A DNA stretch of 32,000 bases, from contig NZ_CP180230.1 of NCBI RefSeq assembly GCF_047555085.1, positions 990,001-1,022,000 on the forward strand, in the 5' to 3' direction. Source of the DNA: Candidatus Saccharimonadota bacterium. GTDB lineage: Archaea > Nanohalarchaeota > Nanosalinia > Nanosalinales > Nanosalinaceae. The notes beneath the pieces were generated by a model. It was not told the DNA's origin. It saw only the letters and a program-made list of their open reading frames with translations, and made no database searches. The position numbers were made by a program, and so were the translations under genes. Of this stretch, positions 21,795-31,336 are shown in pieces (position 1 is the first letter of the stretch; each line of letters starts with the position of its first letter).

Positions 21795-22793
21795 TTAGAG
21801 ATCTTGATAGTTCTCCATAAATACCGTGAGAATCGACTTCATCACTCCGAATATCACGGGGCCTATGAACAGGCCTGGAGCACCGAGGAGCACCACCCCA
21901 CCTATAACACCGAGTATAATCAGAGCAGGATGTAGATCAGCCGAGCTCTCGACAAAAAGAGGCCTCAGGAAGTTATCACTCAGGCCTACAGCTATGAATC
22001 CGTAAAGTGCAAGCATTATACCTGAAACAGGATCTGTTAAAGCCAGATACCCTGCTGCAGGAAGCCATACCAGCATAGATCCTACTATAGGCAGGAGGCC
22101 CAGTATCATCATTATGAAAGTCCAGAACACATAGTTTGGAACACCGAAGAAAGCCAGTCCTACACCTGCTATGATTCCCTGTGCTATAGCTACAAGTATA
22201 TGGCCTTTCATAACAGCTGAAGTAGTCACTGACACTTCTCTAAGCAGACTGTTTTCAAGACTCTCCGGTAAAGGTGAAACATCTTTCACCCATCTTACAA
22301 GCCTTCTTCCATCTTTCAAAAAGTAGTAAACAAGGAAAAGCATCAGTGAAAGGCCTATCCCAACGTTTGCAACTATGTTGACCACTCTTGAGAAGCTTCC
22401 CAGTGTTGCAGAGCTGAATTCCTCTACTGCGCGGGCAAGATTGGATTCTATATCGATCTCCTGGCCTGTAAGCCTCTCAATTTCATCCTCTATAGATGTG
22501 AGATTTATTGTATCTGTAGTATTGATATTGTCAACAAGATCTGTCGCATCGTCTGCTACAGCCATTCCTCCAAAAATTATCGGCAATACCGCCAAAAGTA
22601 TAGCTGAGACTGTAAGAACTGCTGCCGAAGGCCTTGCACCTATCTTCTCCTGTAGGATGAAATGAGGCCTTCTCAGTATAAATGCCAGGATTGTTGCGCC
22701 CAGTATGTAAGTGAGAAATGGCATAAGCATGAGGCCTACAACAGTTCCAAAAATACCGATAAGGAACAGCAGGAAGCCTTTTCGCTCGTTCAT
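21795..22793 (-). CDS. AI-2E family transporter (PerM/UPF0118-type permease)
   Basis: LPIVGSMLVWLPAAGYLAL...GLSDNFLRPLFV...HPALIILGVIGGVVLLGAPGLFIGPVI matches the conserved C-terminal blocks. The ATG at 22793 is preferred because the longer ORF overlaps the upstream gene. Confidence 0.85.
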   Translation of the reverse strand: MNERKGFLLFLIGIFGTVVGLMLMPFLTYILGATILAFILRRPHFILQEKIGARPSAAVLTVSAILLAVLPIIFGGMAVADDATDLVDNINTTDTINLTSIEDEIERLTGQEIDIESNLARAVEEFSSATLGSFSRVVNIVANVGIGLSLMLFLVYYFLKDGRRLVRWVKDVSPLPESLENSLLREVSVTTSAVMKGHILVAIAQGIIAGVGLAFFGVPNYVFWTFIMMILGLLPIVGSMLVWLPAAGYLALTDPVSGIMLALYGFIAVGLSDNFLRPLFVESSADLHPALIILGVIGGVVLLGAPGLFIGPVIFGVMKSILTVFMENYQDL

Positions 22794-22815
22794 ACATGAT
22801 TTTTTGATGTCTAAG

Positions 22816-23958
22816 CTAAATAAAGACTCCGATACCTGAGAAAAACAGTATAGATGGAACAAGCAGAACTGCCATACAGACTCTTCTGTTACCTGTCTCC
22901 AGAGCAGCGTAACCGATCATAGAGGCTGTAAAAATTACAACAAGACCTGTAAATCCTGTCACGGCCGCAGAAATAGCTACCAGAATTACAAGAATTGTAG
23001 GGAAGATTTTTGACAGCGAAATATTCTCCAGCAAATCCGTGTAGAGGCCTGAAATCTTCAGGGCCAGTAAGGCAGATACAGGAACGGAAATCAAAGTCAC
23101 CAATATCACGAGATCTATATTTACCTGTGTTGAGAAAAGCTGGAGCGCCACAGAGACCCCGGAGCGTGCATTCCCAAGTATCTGTAGAGTAAAGATGGAG
23201 AAGATGATATCAGTAGTATTCACGGCTCCCATGGAAGACATGAATTTTCCTGATGAATCATTCATGAAAGGTGATACGAAAGCTGTCGATACAGCAGCGC
23301 CTATACCAGGGACCACTCCTGCAAGAAATCCTGCTGCTGTTCCGAAAATACCTCCGGAGAATGCGTTAATTTTATCGATTTCAGGTCTGTCCTGATCCGG
23401 TATCTCAAAACTTTCCTCCATAGATCGGATTATGGCAGGTACTGCGAAAAGGCCTGAAAACAGCGGTATGAAGATGAAATTCTGATTAACAGGTACTTCA
23501 AAACTGAGGACTCCAAGGACACCAGAGAAAAGTGCTATTAGAAATGCTTCAGGCCTGTCATCCGAGTCCAGGACTACGAACAAAAGGAAGAAGACCAGGA
23601 TATACTCCATAAATGACTCTATACTCGAGTAAAGGCCTTCAAGGAAGAAAAAAGAAAGCAGAGCAACAGCCAGCACAGGTACAACAGCTGAGAGAGCTCC
23701 GTACACCGTGTAGTGAAATGATTCAAGGCCTTTTCCCTGCTGTACTGCGGATTTTCCGTTTATAGTGGAAAGTGCGGACTCTGCATCAGGCGATGAGAGA
23801 AAAATCGCCGGCAGAAAATCATGGAAAGTATGGGACACAGATATAGCAGACAGGAATACGGCATAGGCACCGAGGCCTGTTCCAGAGCCAAGATAGAAAG
23901 GTACGGTAGTAAATATCACAGTGTTTGGATGTATTCCCGGGATAAGGCCTGTTGCCAC
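22816..23958 (-). CDS. TctA/DUF112-family membrane transporter subunit (start uncertain)
   Basis: Many TM helices with the repeated G-x-x-PG-x-G pattern (GLIPGIHPN, GFLAGVVPGIGAAVS). The first canonical start is GTG 23958. The frame stays open and TM-like upstream, back to an in-frame TAA at about 24019..24021. Confidence 0.7.
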   Translation of the reverse strand: MATGLIPGIHPNTVIFTTVPFYLGSGTGLGAYAVFLSAISVSHTFHDFLPAIFLSSPDAESALSTINGKSAVQQGKGLESFHYTVYGALSAVVPVLAVALLSFFFLEGLYSSIESFMEYILVFFLLFVVLDSDDRPEAFLIALFSGVLGVLSFEVPVNQNFIFIPLFSGLFAVPAIIRSMEESFEIPDQDRPEIDKINAFSGGIFGTAAGFLAGVVPGIGAAVSTAFVSPFMNDSSGKFMSSMGAVNTTDIIFSIFTLQILGNARSGVSVALQLFSTQVNIDLVILVTLISVPVSALLALKISGLYTDLLENISLSKIFPTILVILVAISAAVTGFTGLVVIFTASMIGYAALETGNRRVCMAVLLVPSILFFSGIGVFI

Positions 23959-24035
23959 TCCCGCTGCGATCCCCAGTGCCGAGAAAAGCAGTAGCGTTAC
24001 AGGTTCCGTGATAAACTGTTTTTATCTATCGCCGA

Positions 24036-24045
24036 TTTAAAAAAA
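24036..24045. promoter_or_regulatory. A/T box (TTTAAAAAAA) in the divergent spacer between the TctA-like gene and nac
   Basis: It lies 22-31 nt upstream of the nac ATG at 24067. Read on the other strand, it is about 25 nt upstream of the extended TctA-like frame. Confidence 0.3.
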
Positions 24046-24066
24046 GTGCGTGAACAGTTCTCTAGT

Positions 24067-24381
24067 ATGTTCGGCGGAAACGACATGGCGAAGATGATGA
24101 AGCAGATGGGCGTCGATATGGACGAGTTAGACGCTGAAAAAGTCGAAGTTCATCTTGGAGGCAAAAAGCTTGTCTTCAAGAATCCTGAGCTCTCAAAGAT
24201 CGATGCACAGGGCAACGAAATCTTCCAGTTAAGAGGAAGTTACAGCACTGAAGAAAAAAGCAGTGTAGAAGAGGAAGACATCGATCTTGTAGTCGAGAAG
24301 ACAGGTGCTTCAAGGGAAGAAGCAGAGCAGGCTCTTGAAGAAAACGACGACGTTGCAGGCGCAGTAATGAGCCTCAACTAG
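24067..24381 (+). CDS. nac: nascent polypeptide-associated complex protein (NAC domain plus UBA)
   Basis: MFGGNDMAKMMKQMGVDMDEL..EKVEVHLGGKKLVFKNPELSKIDAQGNEIFQLRG is the NAC domain. The C-terminal EEDIDLVVEKTGASREEAEQALEENDDVAGAVMSL is the UBA domain. The ATG at 24067 fits the upstream A/T box better than the GTG at 24046. Confidence 0.85.
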   Translation: MFGGNDMAKMMKQMGVDMDELDAEKVEVHLGGKKLVFKNPELSKIDAQGNEIFQLRGSYSTEEKSSVEEEDIDLVVEKTGASREEAEQALEENDDVAGAVMSLN

Positions 24382-24433
24382 TCACCCATCACAGATCCAA
24401 ATTCTTTTCTTTTCAAAAATATTCTGAAGGCCT

Positions 24434-26071
24434 CTACTTCTCCATATGTTCAAGGATCTTGGAGTATGCAGGCCTTGTGATAGTTATTCCTACAAGGATT
24501 CCAAGTATTGTTGTAGTTGCGAACTCTGTAATCTGCTGTAGAGATGAAAGAGGGAATGTTGTAGCGAATGCTCCTACTGTAAGCGCCATTGCTCCTACGG
24601 CAATATAGTGCCTTCCAGCGCTGCTTTTGTACTGGCTGTATCCTATCAAGCCTAGTCCTGCTGCTCCCACCATCATTGCAGAGAATCTTGGTGAGAGTAT
24701 TGGCACCATCGCTCCGATTGTGGAGGCTGCAGAAGTGAATATAACGAAGAAAGCTGTCTTCATCCTCTGCTTCCAGTCCTTGACTGTTTTCCTGTCGGAT
24801 TCATCTGTTATAATTATCTGGTCGTCTACTCCCGTACCTACCGCAGCGATTATTCCTGCTATCGCTGAGAGGCTGAGTGTTGCAAAGCTTGTGAACCAAA
24901 GGCCTAGAAGTATGAATACCTCTGAAGCACCCGTCAGGACTATAGGTGCGACAAGCTTTGGATTGCGGTATCTTACAAAGATGAGCACTCCTACAGCGAG
25001 CAGTGCTCCGATTATCGATAGAATTGAAGCTGCCATGAACTGGCCTCCGAGCGAGCTTCCGAGGCTTGATGTGCTGACGATTTCAACAGGCTCTGGAAGC
25101 CTTCCGGACTGAAGTAAGGCCTCGATCCTGTTCATTTCCTCTCTGGCAGCTCCTCCAGAATCTCTTGAGATGGTTATACTTGGATTGGTTATTGTGTTTC
25201 TCTGGAATTCTTGAGATACTGTGAATCCTGTGATGGCTTCGCTGTCGATGAATATCGTCAGTTCTGCCGGGCGACCGTTCTTCATCTGAAGGGAACCGCC
25301 ACCGCTTGCTGAAGGAGACACATCATAATTATTGGCTACATCCATCAGTCTCTGGGCGGACGTCTGTGAAACAGTTAGAGGTATCTGCCCCTGATATGTA
25401 TTCTGTGCTACCTGGCGGACAGCAGACTGTGAAGTCCTTACATTGAGTATATCTGTGTTATCGTAGATCTGGAACTCCATTCTTGTGTATGAACCGTTCT
25501 GACCGGCGTAGTATACTCTTGTGTCCCCGAGCTCCTGATGATCTCCCTGTTCCAGAGTCTTATTGTAGTATTCCAGGCCTGAATCTGTGTAACGACCTAT
25601 ACTTACTGTTGAATCATTGTTCTTGACGAAACGGTATGTATCAGATAAAGTGAAGTTGCCCGAGTCTGAGAAAAGATATGGCATCCGGGCCTCAAACGCT
25701 CCTTCTCGGGAGATAAGCTGCTGCAAACGAGTGTTGTTCTGTTCAGAAGTTGTAACGCTGATTCGATGTCCTGTACCGATGTCTATAGTATTAATAGTGG
25801 TTTCTCCGAATCCTATCTCATTTACACGTGTTCTGAGGATTGATGCGATGTTCTCAACCAGTTCCTCCGATTGATTCTCGGACTGAACCTTTAGAAGGAG
25901 CTGTGAACCTCCAGAAAAGTCTATACCCATGTTATCTTCAAGGCCTGTGAACTCCAGATTGTAGTTGCCGTTGTTCGATGTGTATGTTGGCTGGAGGCCT
26001 GCTACGGAGAAAGCAAGGACTACAAGCAACAGTATTACACGCCATTCCTTGAGCATATTTTTTACGGCCAT
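24434..26071 (-). CDS. secD: protein-export membrane protein SecD
   Basis: 545 aa with an N-terminal TM helix, a large extracytoplasmic domain and a C-terminal 5-TM bundle carrying GTGVDDQIIITDE. It overlaps the secF stop by 10 nt. Confidence 0.85.
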   Translation of the reverse strand: MAVKNMLKEWRVILLLVVLAFSVAGLQPTYTSNNGNYNLEFTGLEDNMGIDFSGGSQLLLKVQSENQSEELVENIASILRTRVNEIGFGETTINTIDIGTGHRISVTTSEQNNTRLQQLISREGAFEARMPYLFSDSGNFTLSDTYRFVKNNDSTVSIGRYTDSGLEYYNKTLEQGDHQELGDTRVYYAGQNGSYTRMEFQIYDNTDILNVRTSQSAVRQVAQNTYQGQIPLTVSQTSAQRLMDVANNYDVSPSASGGGSLQMKNGRPAELTIFIDSEAITGFTVSQEFQRNTITNPSITISRDSGGAAREEMNRIEALLQSGRLPEPVEIVSTSSLGSSLGGQFMAASILSIIGALLAVGVLIFVRYRNPKLVAPIVLTGASEVFILLGLWFTSFATLSLSAIAGIIAAVGTGVDDQIIITDESDRKTVKDWKQRMKTAFFVIFTSAASTIGAMVPILSPRFSAMMVGAAGLGLIGYSQYKSSAGRHYIAVGAMALTVGAFATTFPLSSLQQITEFATTTILGILVGITITRPAYSKILEHMEK

Positions 26072-26994
26072 GGGATCACCTCACGAAGATCAGGTACATT
26101 GAAGTCTCCTTCAACATACTTTTTCAGTATGAATGCGTTGCCGAACCAAGTGAACGGCATATCTGCCAGAAGGCCTATCACCATGACTGATGCAACGGCT
26201 GAAAGTTCTGAAGGCCCTACAAGAGCCATGGAGATAAAGTACAGAAGTGTGAAAGCTGCTATACCTCCCGAACTCATAGTTACTCCCGTCTTGACTGAGC
26301 TCCAGATCCTGTCACGCAGAGAACCTCTCTTCTGCTTCAGAACTCTTGAAGACAGAACAATATCGGTATCAACAGAGTATCCGATAAGCATCAGTAACGC
26401 CGATAGAGAACCGAGCGTCATCGGAATATCAAGAAGCGACATAGCCGCTATAGTAAATATTATATCTGCAGACGCCGCAAGGACGACAGCAAATGCTGGC
26501 ACAAGATCTCTGAACGAGGTGAAAATCACCAGGCTCATGATTGTAAACGCTAGTATAAAAGCCCATACGGCCTGTATGAAAAATGTTTCAGCTACTGCAC
26601 TGGTGGCAAAGTAGAACTGCTGGACATCGACATTAAAGTTCTTTATCGAGTTGTTCTCAAGGAAAGATTCGGCTACAGACTCGTTTTCCAGCTGTGGAGG
26701 CGGCACTGTAACTCTAAGTATAGGCCCGCTTTCAGTTTCCTCTCTCAAAGCACTTGTACCAGGCCTTCCCTGAGAGGCAAAAATCTCTTCTATCTGTACC
26801 GTATCGAACTCTTCCTGTATATTATATGTTACTTCTGTTCCTCCCGAAAAGACTACTCCTCTGTCGACAACGTTACCGTTAGCTGCGTACTGGCCTCCTA
26901 TAACAGCTAGAGACAGCACGAAAAGTAGAACCGGGATGATAAACCAGCGATCATAATCCGCATAGATCCTGTTAAAATATTCCTCTACGTTCAC
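26062..26994 (-). CDS. secF: protein-export membrane protein SecF
   Basis: 310 aa with an N-terminal TM helix, a periplasmic-type domain and a 5-TM bundle carrying GYSVDTDIVLSSRVLKQKRGS. GTG start. Confidence 0.85.
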   Translation of the reverse strand: MNVEEYFNRIYADYDRWFIIPVLLFVLSLAVIGGQYAANGNVVDRGVVFSGGTEVTYNIQEEFDTVQIEEIFASQGRPGTSALREETESGPILRVTVPPPQLENESVAESFLENNSIKNFNVDVQQFYFATSAVAETFFIQAVWAFILAFTIMSLVIFTSFRDLVPAFAVVLAASADIIFTIAAMSLLDIPMTLGSLSALLMLIGYSVDTDIVLSSRVLKQKRGSLRDRIWSSVKTGVTMSSGGIAAFTLLYFISMALVGPSELSAVASVMVIGLLADMPFTWFGNAFILKKYVEGDFNVPDLREVIPWP

Positions 26995-27086
26995 TAAACG
27001 AAATTTTCTCCTGTAAACATTTTAAACTCACCGGAGATTTTGAGGCCTCTGAAGAAAAATCTCGGCAAATTATTTTTCCGATGGAC

Positions 27087-27094
27087 TAAAAAAT
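27087..27094 (+). promoter_or_regulatory. TATA-like box upstream of aglB
   Basis: TAAAAAAT lies 26-33 nt upstream of ATG 27120, the same geometry as at several other genes in the window. Confidence 0.3.
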
Positions 27095-27119
27095 GTGAAG
27101 ACTAATTTAGCGAATAAGT

Positions 27120-29783
27120 ATGAGTCTGGAGCGATACAAGGAAAAAGTAAAGGATAATTTTTCAAGAGAAGGCCTCAAAAATAACTGGGCGTTTCTAGCC
27201 GTTGCAGCAGTTTTCGGAGTCGCTCTATGGCTCAGATATCTTCCTGAACAGGGAATGCAGAATCTTCAGGCCCTGGATCCATACATGATCTTCAGGATGT
27301 CCCAGCATCTGGCATACGAAGGAGCTATGCCTGTAGCAGACTTTATGAGGTACTTCCCTTACAGCGCTCCAACTTACCTACTTAATATAGGAGATATCGT
27401 CTTCCCTGCTATACTTTACTGGATGGGGCCTTCGATGATTTTCGAGAACTATCTTGAGTGGGCGCAGTTCTATCCTGCTCTTATGGGTGCTCTATCTACT
27501 GTTGTAATGTACTTTTTCGGTAAAGAAGTTGCAAACAAGCGTGTAGGAATTTTCTCAGCCTTTTTCCTAGCTGTAATCCCTGGCGTGATGCGTCGTTCAT
27601 CCGCAGGATTCTTCGAGAAAGAGCCTATCGGGACGTTCTTCATGATGCTGACACTGCTCTTCTTCGCAAGAGCATGGAAGCGTGAAAGCTACATTTCGGG
27701 AATACTTTCAGGCCTCTCACTTGCATTCTTCACAATCTCCTGGGGAGGATCCCGGATGCTATGGCTGCTTCTTCCTCTCGTAGTCGGCTCCCTGATATTC
27801 ATAGACGAGGAAGTCCACGAACTGATCGTTGCTTACACGCCGACAGTGCTTGTAGGAGGCGGAGTGGCAGCAGCACTCAACTACAATCGTTACTGGATCA
27901 CAGGAACACTTTTCGTCGCAAACATCGGCCTCTTGGGCCTGCTGTGGAGCAGATACCTGATCGAGGAACTTGATCTCGTCAAGGAAAAGAATCTGAAGTA
28001 CTACGTTCCAACAGTCTCAATAACAGGCCTCATCTTTGTACTGCTTTCACCACTCTACTCCAACTTCATCGCCTCCAAACTGATGAGCATTATTAACATG
28101 GTGACTCAGACGACAGGAGGAGATGTCATCGGAGGAACAGTCGCAGAAAACACAGCTCCAGGCCTCTCAAATCTTATAACAAGCCTTGGAGCAGAGACAG
28201 CTGGCAGCATCCATCCTGTTCTCGGAACTTTGGCCAGCATAGTAGGTTCATGGCCTATGATGATGCTGGGAATAGGATTCATGGGCTCAACAGTTGCTTT
28301 CATGCTTCTAAAGAAATACGGCCTTGTAGAAAGCGAGGTAAGCGACAAGATCTACTTTGCAGGCTTTGAAACAGTTTTCCTATCCTGGATGCTTCTTGTA
28401 ACAGGCTTCTTTGAGCAACTGCTGATCTTCAGCGCTCTAGCCGCATTAACAGTTATCGGAATGTTCATAGCGTTCACAAAGTACCTCGACGACGACTACA
28501 CGTTCAAGCTTGTGACAATGGTGACCGGAACAGGCCTCGTGCTTGAGATACTGATGCTTTTCTCCGGTGCACAGATAGCGTACACCGTCATCCCTGCAAC
28601 AGCTCTCGTGCTGGCAGGCCTTGTAGCACTTTACTACAACGACAGGCTTGGAAGCAGAGAAATCGAGATGGAGTGGATAATCGTGCTCCCTCTTGCATGG
28701 GTGATCACAAATCTGCTGGGATCAGTTGCGAAAAGCAGGATAATCTTCCTTTCAACCTTTGCAGTGGCATTCGCAGCAGGATACGGCCTCGCCAAGATTA
28801 TCGGAGGCCTCGAAAACATGGATCTCAACGAAGTGTTCGAGTTCGAGAACACTGAAAGACTTAAGTACGCTGCAATAGCGATCATACTAATTTTAACTGT
28901 TGCAGTGAACTTTTCAGCAGGATTTATCAACGTTCAGAGTGTTAGCGGATCCCCTAACCAGGCCTGGGATCAGAGCCTGAACTACATGGATGAACAGACT
29001 CCTGACGGATCAGTAGTCATGTCCTGGTGGGATTACGGATACCATTTCCAGACAATCGGGAGAACTGCCTCTGTAGCGGACGGAGGAAACGCTGGATACT
29101 ACTCGAACGAAGTTAGAGCAACGAACATGCCTCTGGCTGATTTCCTGACTTCCGATGATCCTATGAATACTCCAGGCCTTGACAGTTTCCTGGAGCAACA
29201 TTCCGTGGATTACATACTGCTCGATAATACAATGATCGGGAAGTACAGTGCAGTGAGCACAATTTCAAACGGAGCAGCCAATCTCCCTAACGAGTCCACA
29301 GGAGATCCTAGCTCAATGCTTACACTGTCCACTTCAGCAAACATACAGGACTCCATAAGCCAGAGCGGAAACACGACAACAGTAACATTCACAAGCTCTA
29401 GAGGCCTGCAGATCTATGCACCAGTACAGATCTCCAACAACAGCATCTCTCTATCAGATGAACAGGCCCCGACACTACAACAAACGACAGGCAGAGGAAC
29501 AGTCAGACAGCCTATTGACTGCATACTTACAGAAAACGGAAAGATAGAGTTCGATGTCGACACCCAGATCCCTTACTGTCTCGCAGAGGATCCTTACTTC
29601 AATCTGGAAAGAGGATTCCAGACACGACTACAGGCCCAGTCAGTGCTTGTACCGAAGGAGATCTCGGACTCCCAGCTTGTAGAGCTTTACATCCAGGATG
29701 GAGAACAGCTTGACTACGTTGAAAAAGTAGAAGAGGCCTCTAACGACTACGTCAAGATGTGGAAAGTGACTAAGACAGAATGA
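27120..29783 (+). CDS. aglB: dolichyl-phosphooligosaccharide-protein glycosyltransferase (archaeal oligosaccharyltransferase, STT3 family)
   Basis: The WWDYG motif is encoded at 29026..29040 (VVMSWWDYGYHF). The first external loop has an LDPYMIFR motif. A 13-TM-type N-terminal half is followed by a soluble C-terminal domain. Confidence 0.9.
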   Translation: MSLERYKEKVKDNFSREGLKNNWAFLAVAAVFGVALWLRYLPEQGMQNLQALDPYMIFRMSQHLAYEGAMPVADFMRYFPYSAPTYLLNIGDIVFPAILYWMGPSMIFENYLEWAQFYPALMGALSTVVMYFFGKEVANKRVGIFSAFFLAVIPGVMRRSSAGFFEKEPIGTFFMMLTLLFFARAWKRESYISGILSGLSLAFFTISWGGSRMLWLLLPLVVGSLIFIDEEVHELIVAYTPTVLVGGGVAAALNYNRYWITGTLFVANIGLLGLLWSRYLIEELDLVKEKNLKYYVPTVSITGLIFVLLSPLYSNFIASKLMSIINMVTQTTGGDVIGGTVAENTAPGLSNLITSLGAETAGSIHPVLGTLASIVGSWPMMMLGIGFMGSTVAFMLLKKYGLVESEVSDKIYFAGFETVFLSWMLLVTGFFEQLLIFSALAALTVIGMFIAFTKYLDDDYTFKLVTMVTGTGLVLEILMLFSGAQIAYTVIPATALVLAGLVALYYNDRLGSREIEMEWIIVLPLAWVITNLLGSVAKSRIIFLSTFAVAFAAGYGLAKIIGGLENMDLNEVFEFENTERLKYAAIAIILILTVAVNFSAGFINVQSVSGSPNQAWDQSLNYMDEQTPDGSVVMSWWDYGYHFQTIGRTASVADGGNAGYYSNEVRATNMPLADFLTSDDPMNTPGLDSFLEQHSVDYILLDNTMIGKYSAVSTISNGAANLPNESTGDPSSMLTLSTSANIQDSISQSGNTTTVTFTSSRGLQIYAPVQISNNSISLSDEQAPTLQQTTGRGTVRQPIDCILTENGKIEFDVDTQIPYCLAEDPYFNLERGFQTRLQAQSVLVPKEISDSQLVELYIQDGEQLDYVEKVEEASNDYVKMWKVTKTE

Positions 29784-30904
29784 TCTTCCTTGCTGTATCC
29801 CTGGCACTAGGATTCCTGACGACGTTCGTAGGAACACCATATGCCAGGAAATACCTCCTCAGCTCCGGAATATACGGGGTAGATCAGCAAAAGAAGGAAA
29901 AGCCAAAACTGGCGACATCCGGAGGAATAAGCGTAGTCTTCGGATTTATAGTATCGCTTACAGTGTACCTAGGCCTTATATCTTTCTCAAGCGCTCCTGC
30001 CTCGAATATAACTCTGATACTCGCTGCCTTAAGCTCTGTATGCATAATCACGTTGATAGGCCTAGTTGACGACATACACATCAACATAGAGAAGTATGTG
30101 CAGGACGAACTTGAGATAGAGGAGTTTGAACTTGATCTCTCAAATGAAAAAGAAAGTAAAACCCCTTTTGCAAAGATATGGGAACGCATCACAGTATTTG
30201 AGGAGAATGAAAGGGAACAGGAAGTACACCGTGAAGGCCTCAAACAGAACCTGAAAATGCTTTTCGTACTTCCAGCAGCGCTTCCGTTGATCTCCGTAGG
30301 AGCCGGCTCATCAGTAATGACTCTTCCAGTAATCGGGACAATCGAATGGGGAATCCTTTACCCTCTTCTACTGCTTCCGGTAGGCCTATTGTTCGTATCA
30401 AACGTGGTAAACATGCTTGCAGGGACTAACGGGCTCTCCGGAGGGATGAGCCTCGTAGCTTCATTCTATCTTGGCCTCTTCGCGTACCTTAACGGAGAAA
30501 CAGCTGCAATGCTGATAGCATGGAGCCTTACAGCATCACTGCTTGCTTTCATGTACTACAACTTTTATCCTGCCTCGATACTTCCAGGAGATTCTCTAAC
30601 ATACCTGTGTGGTGCAGCACTTTTCGCAGCGATGGTGATAGGAAACATGGAGAAATTCGGCGTATTCCTATTCATCCCATGGATTACAGAGTTCCTTCTG
30701 AAACTCAGAAGCGGATTTCAGGCACATTCCTGGGGAATACTTCAAGATGATGGAAGTCTGAGGCCTCAGCACGAGAAAATTTACTCTTTAACTCATCCGC
30801 TAATGAATAAAGGCCTGAATGAAAAACAGATAACTGTGGCTCTAATGAGTGCCGAGATAGTTATAGGTGCTGTTGGTATTTTGCTTTTCTCGGGGATTCT
30901 GTAA
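29780..30904 (+). CDS. glycosyltransferase family 4 (MraY/WecA/AglH-like polyprenyl-phosphate HexNAc-1-phosphate transferase)
   Basis: GLVDDIH and NMLAGTNGLSGG motifs in a polytopic membrane protein. The start overlaps the aglB stop (ATGA). An acidic insert of about 55 aa follows the DD motif (about 30080..30253). Confidence 0.8.
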   Translation: MIFLAVSLALGFLTTFVGTPYARKYLLSSGIYGVDQQKKEKPKLATSGGISVVFGFIVSLTVYLGLISFSSAPASNITLILAALSSVCIITLIGLVDDIHINIEKYVQDELEIEEFELDLSNEKESKTPFAKIWERITVFEENEREQEVHREGLKQNLKMLFVLPAALPLISVGAGSSVMTLPVIGTIEWGILYPLLLLPVGLLFVSNVVNMLAGTNGLSGGMSLVASFYLGLFAYLNGETAAMLIAWSLTASLLAFMYYNFYPASILPGDSLTYLCGAALFAAMVIGNMEKFGVFLFIPWITEFLLKLRSGFQAHSWGILQDDGSLRPQHEKIYSLTHPLMNKGLNEKQITVALMSAEIVIGAVGILLFSGIL

Positions 30905-30933
30905 AGTTCAAATAGAAGTTTACGGGAAAATGT

Positions 30934-31311
30934 TTATTCCTCGTCTTCTTCACGCTCTTCCTTGTAAGGATCTTCTACGCGCGTGATATCTCCCGGTACG
31001 TAAGGGAACGAGATCTCAAGAATTTTGGCAACTTCGCTATCGATATTCTGGATCTGATGCCTTTCATTCGAACGGATAACCATGGCATTGCCCTTTTCAA
31101 TATCCTTCATATCTTCTTCATGACGGATAACGACGTTACCTTCCTCCAGATAAATTATATCGGCCTGACGCTCGTGATAGGCGTAGGAAGTCATCTCATC
31201 TGCATCTATAACAAGTCTTCTGATTCCTAGCATACCTGTCTGGTCGCCGACATCGACCTGAGTCATGAGAACCTGTTCCTCAAATCCCCAGGGCTTGTCA
31301 ATACGTCCCAT
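30934..31311 (-). CDS. cupin-domain protein (sugar-nucleotide or mannose-6-phosphate isomerase-like small barrel)
   Basis: KPWGFEE...RRLVIDADEMTSYAYHERQADIIYLEEGNVVI...ERHQIQN fits the cupin motifs. The substrate is not inferable. Confidence 0.65.
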   Translation of the reverse strand: MGRIDKPWGFEEQVLMTQVDVGDQTGMLGIRRLVIDADEMTSYAYHERQADIIYLEEGNVVIRHEEDMKDIEKGNAMVIRSNERHQIQNIDSEVAKILEISFPYVPGDITRVEDPYKEEREEDEE

Positions 31312-31336
31312 ACCTACCTTATGGAATTAAAACTTC

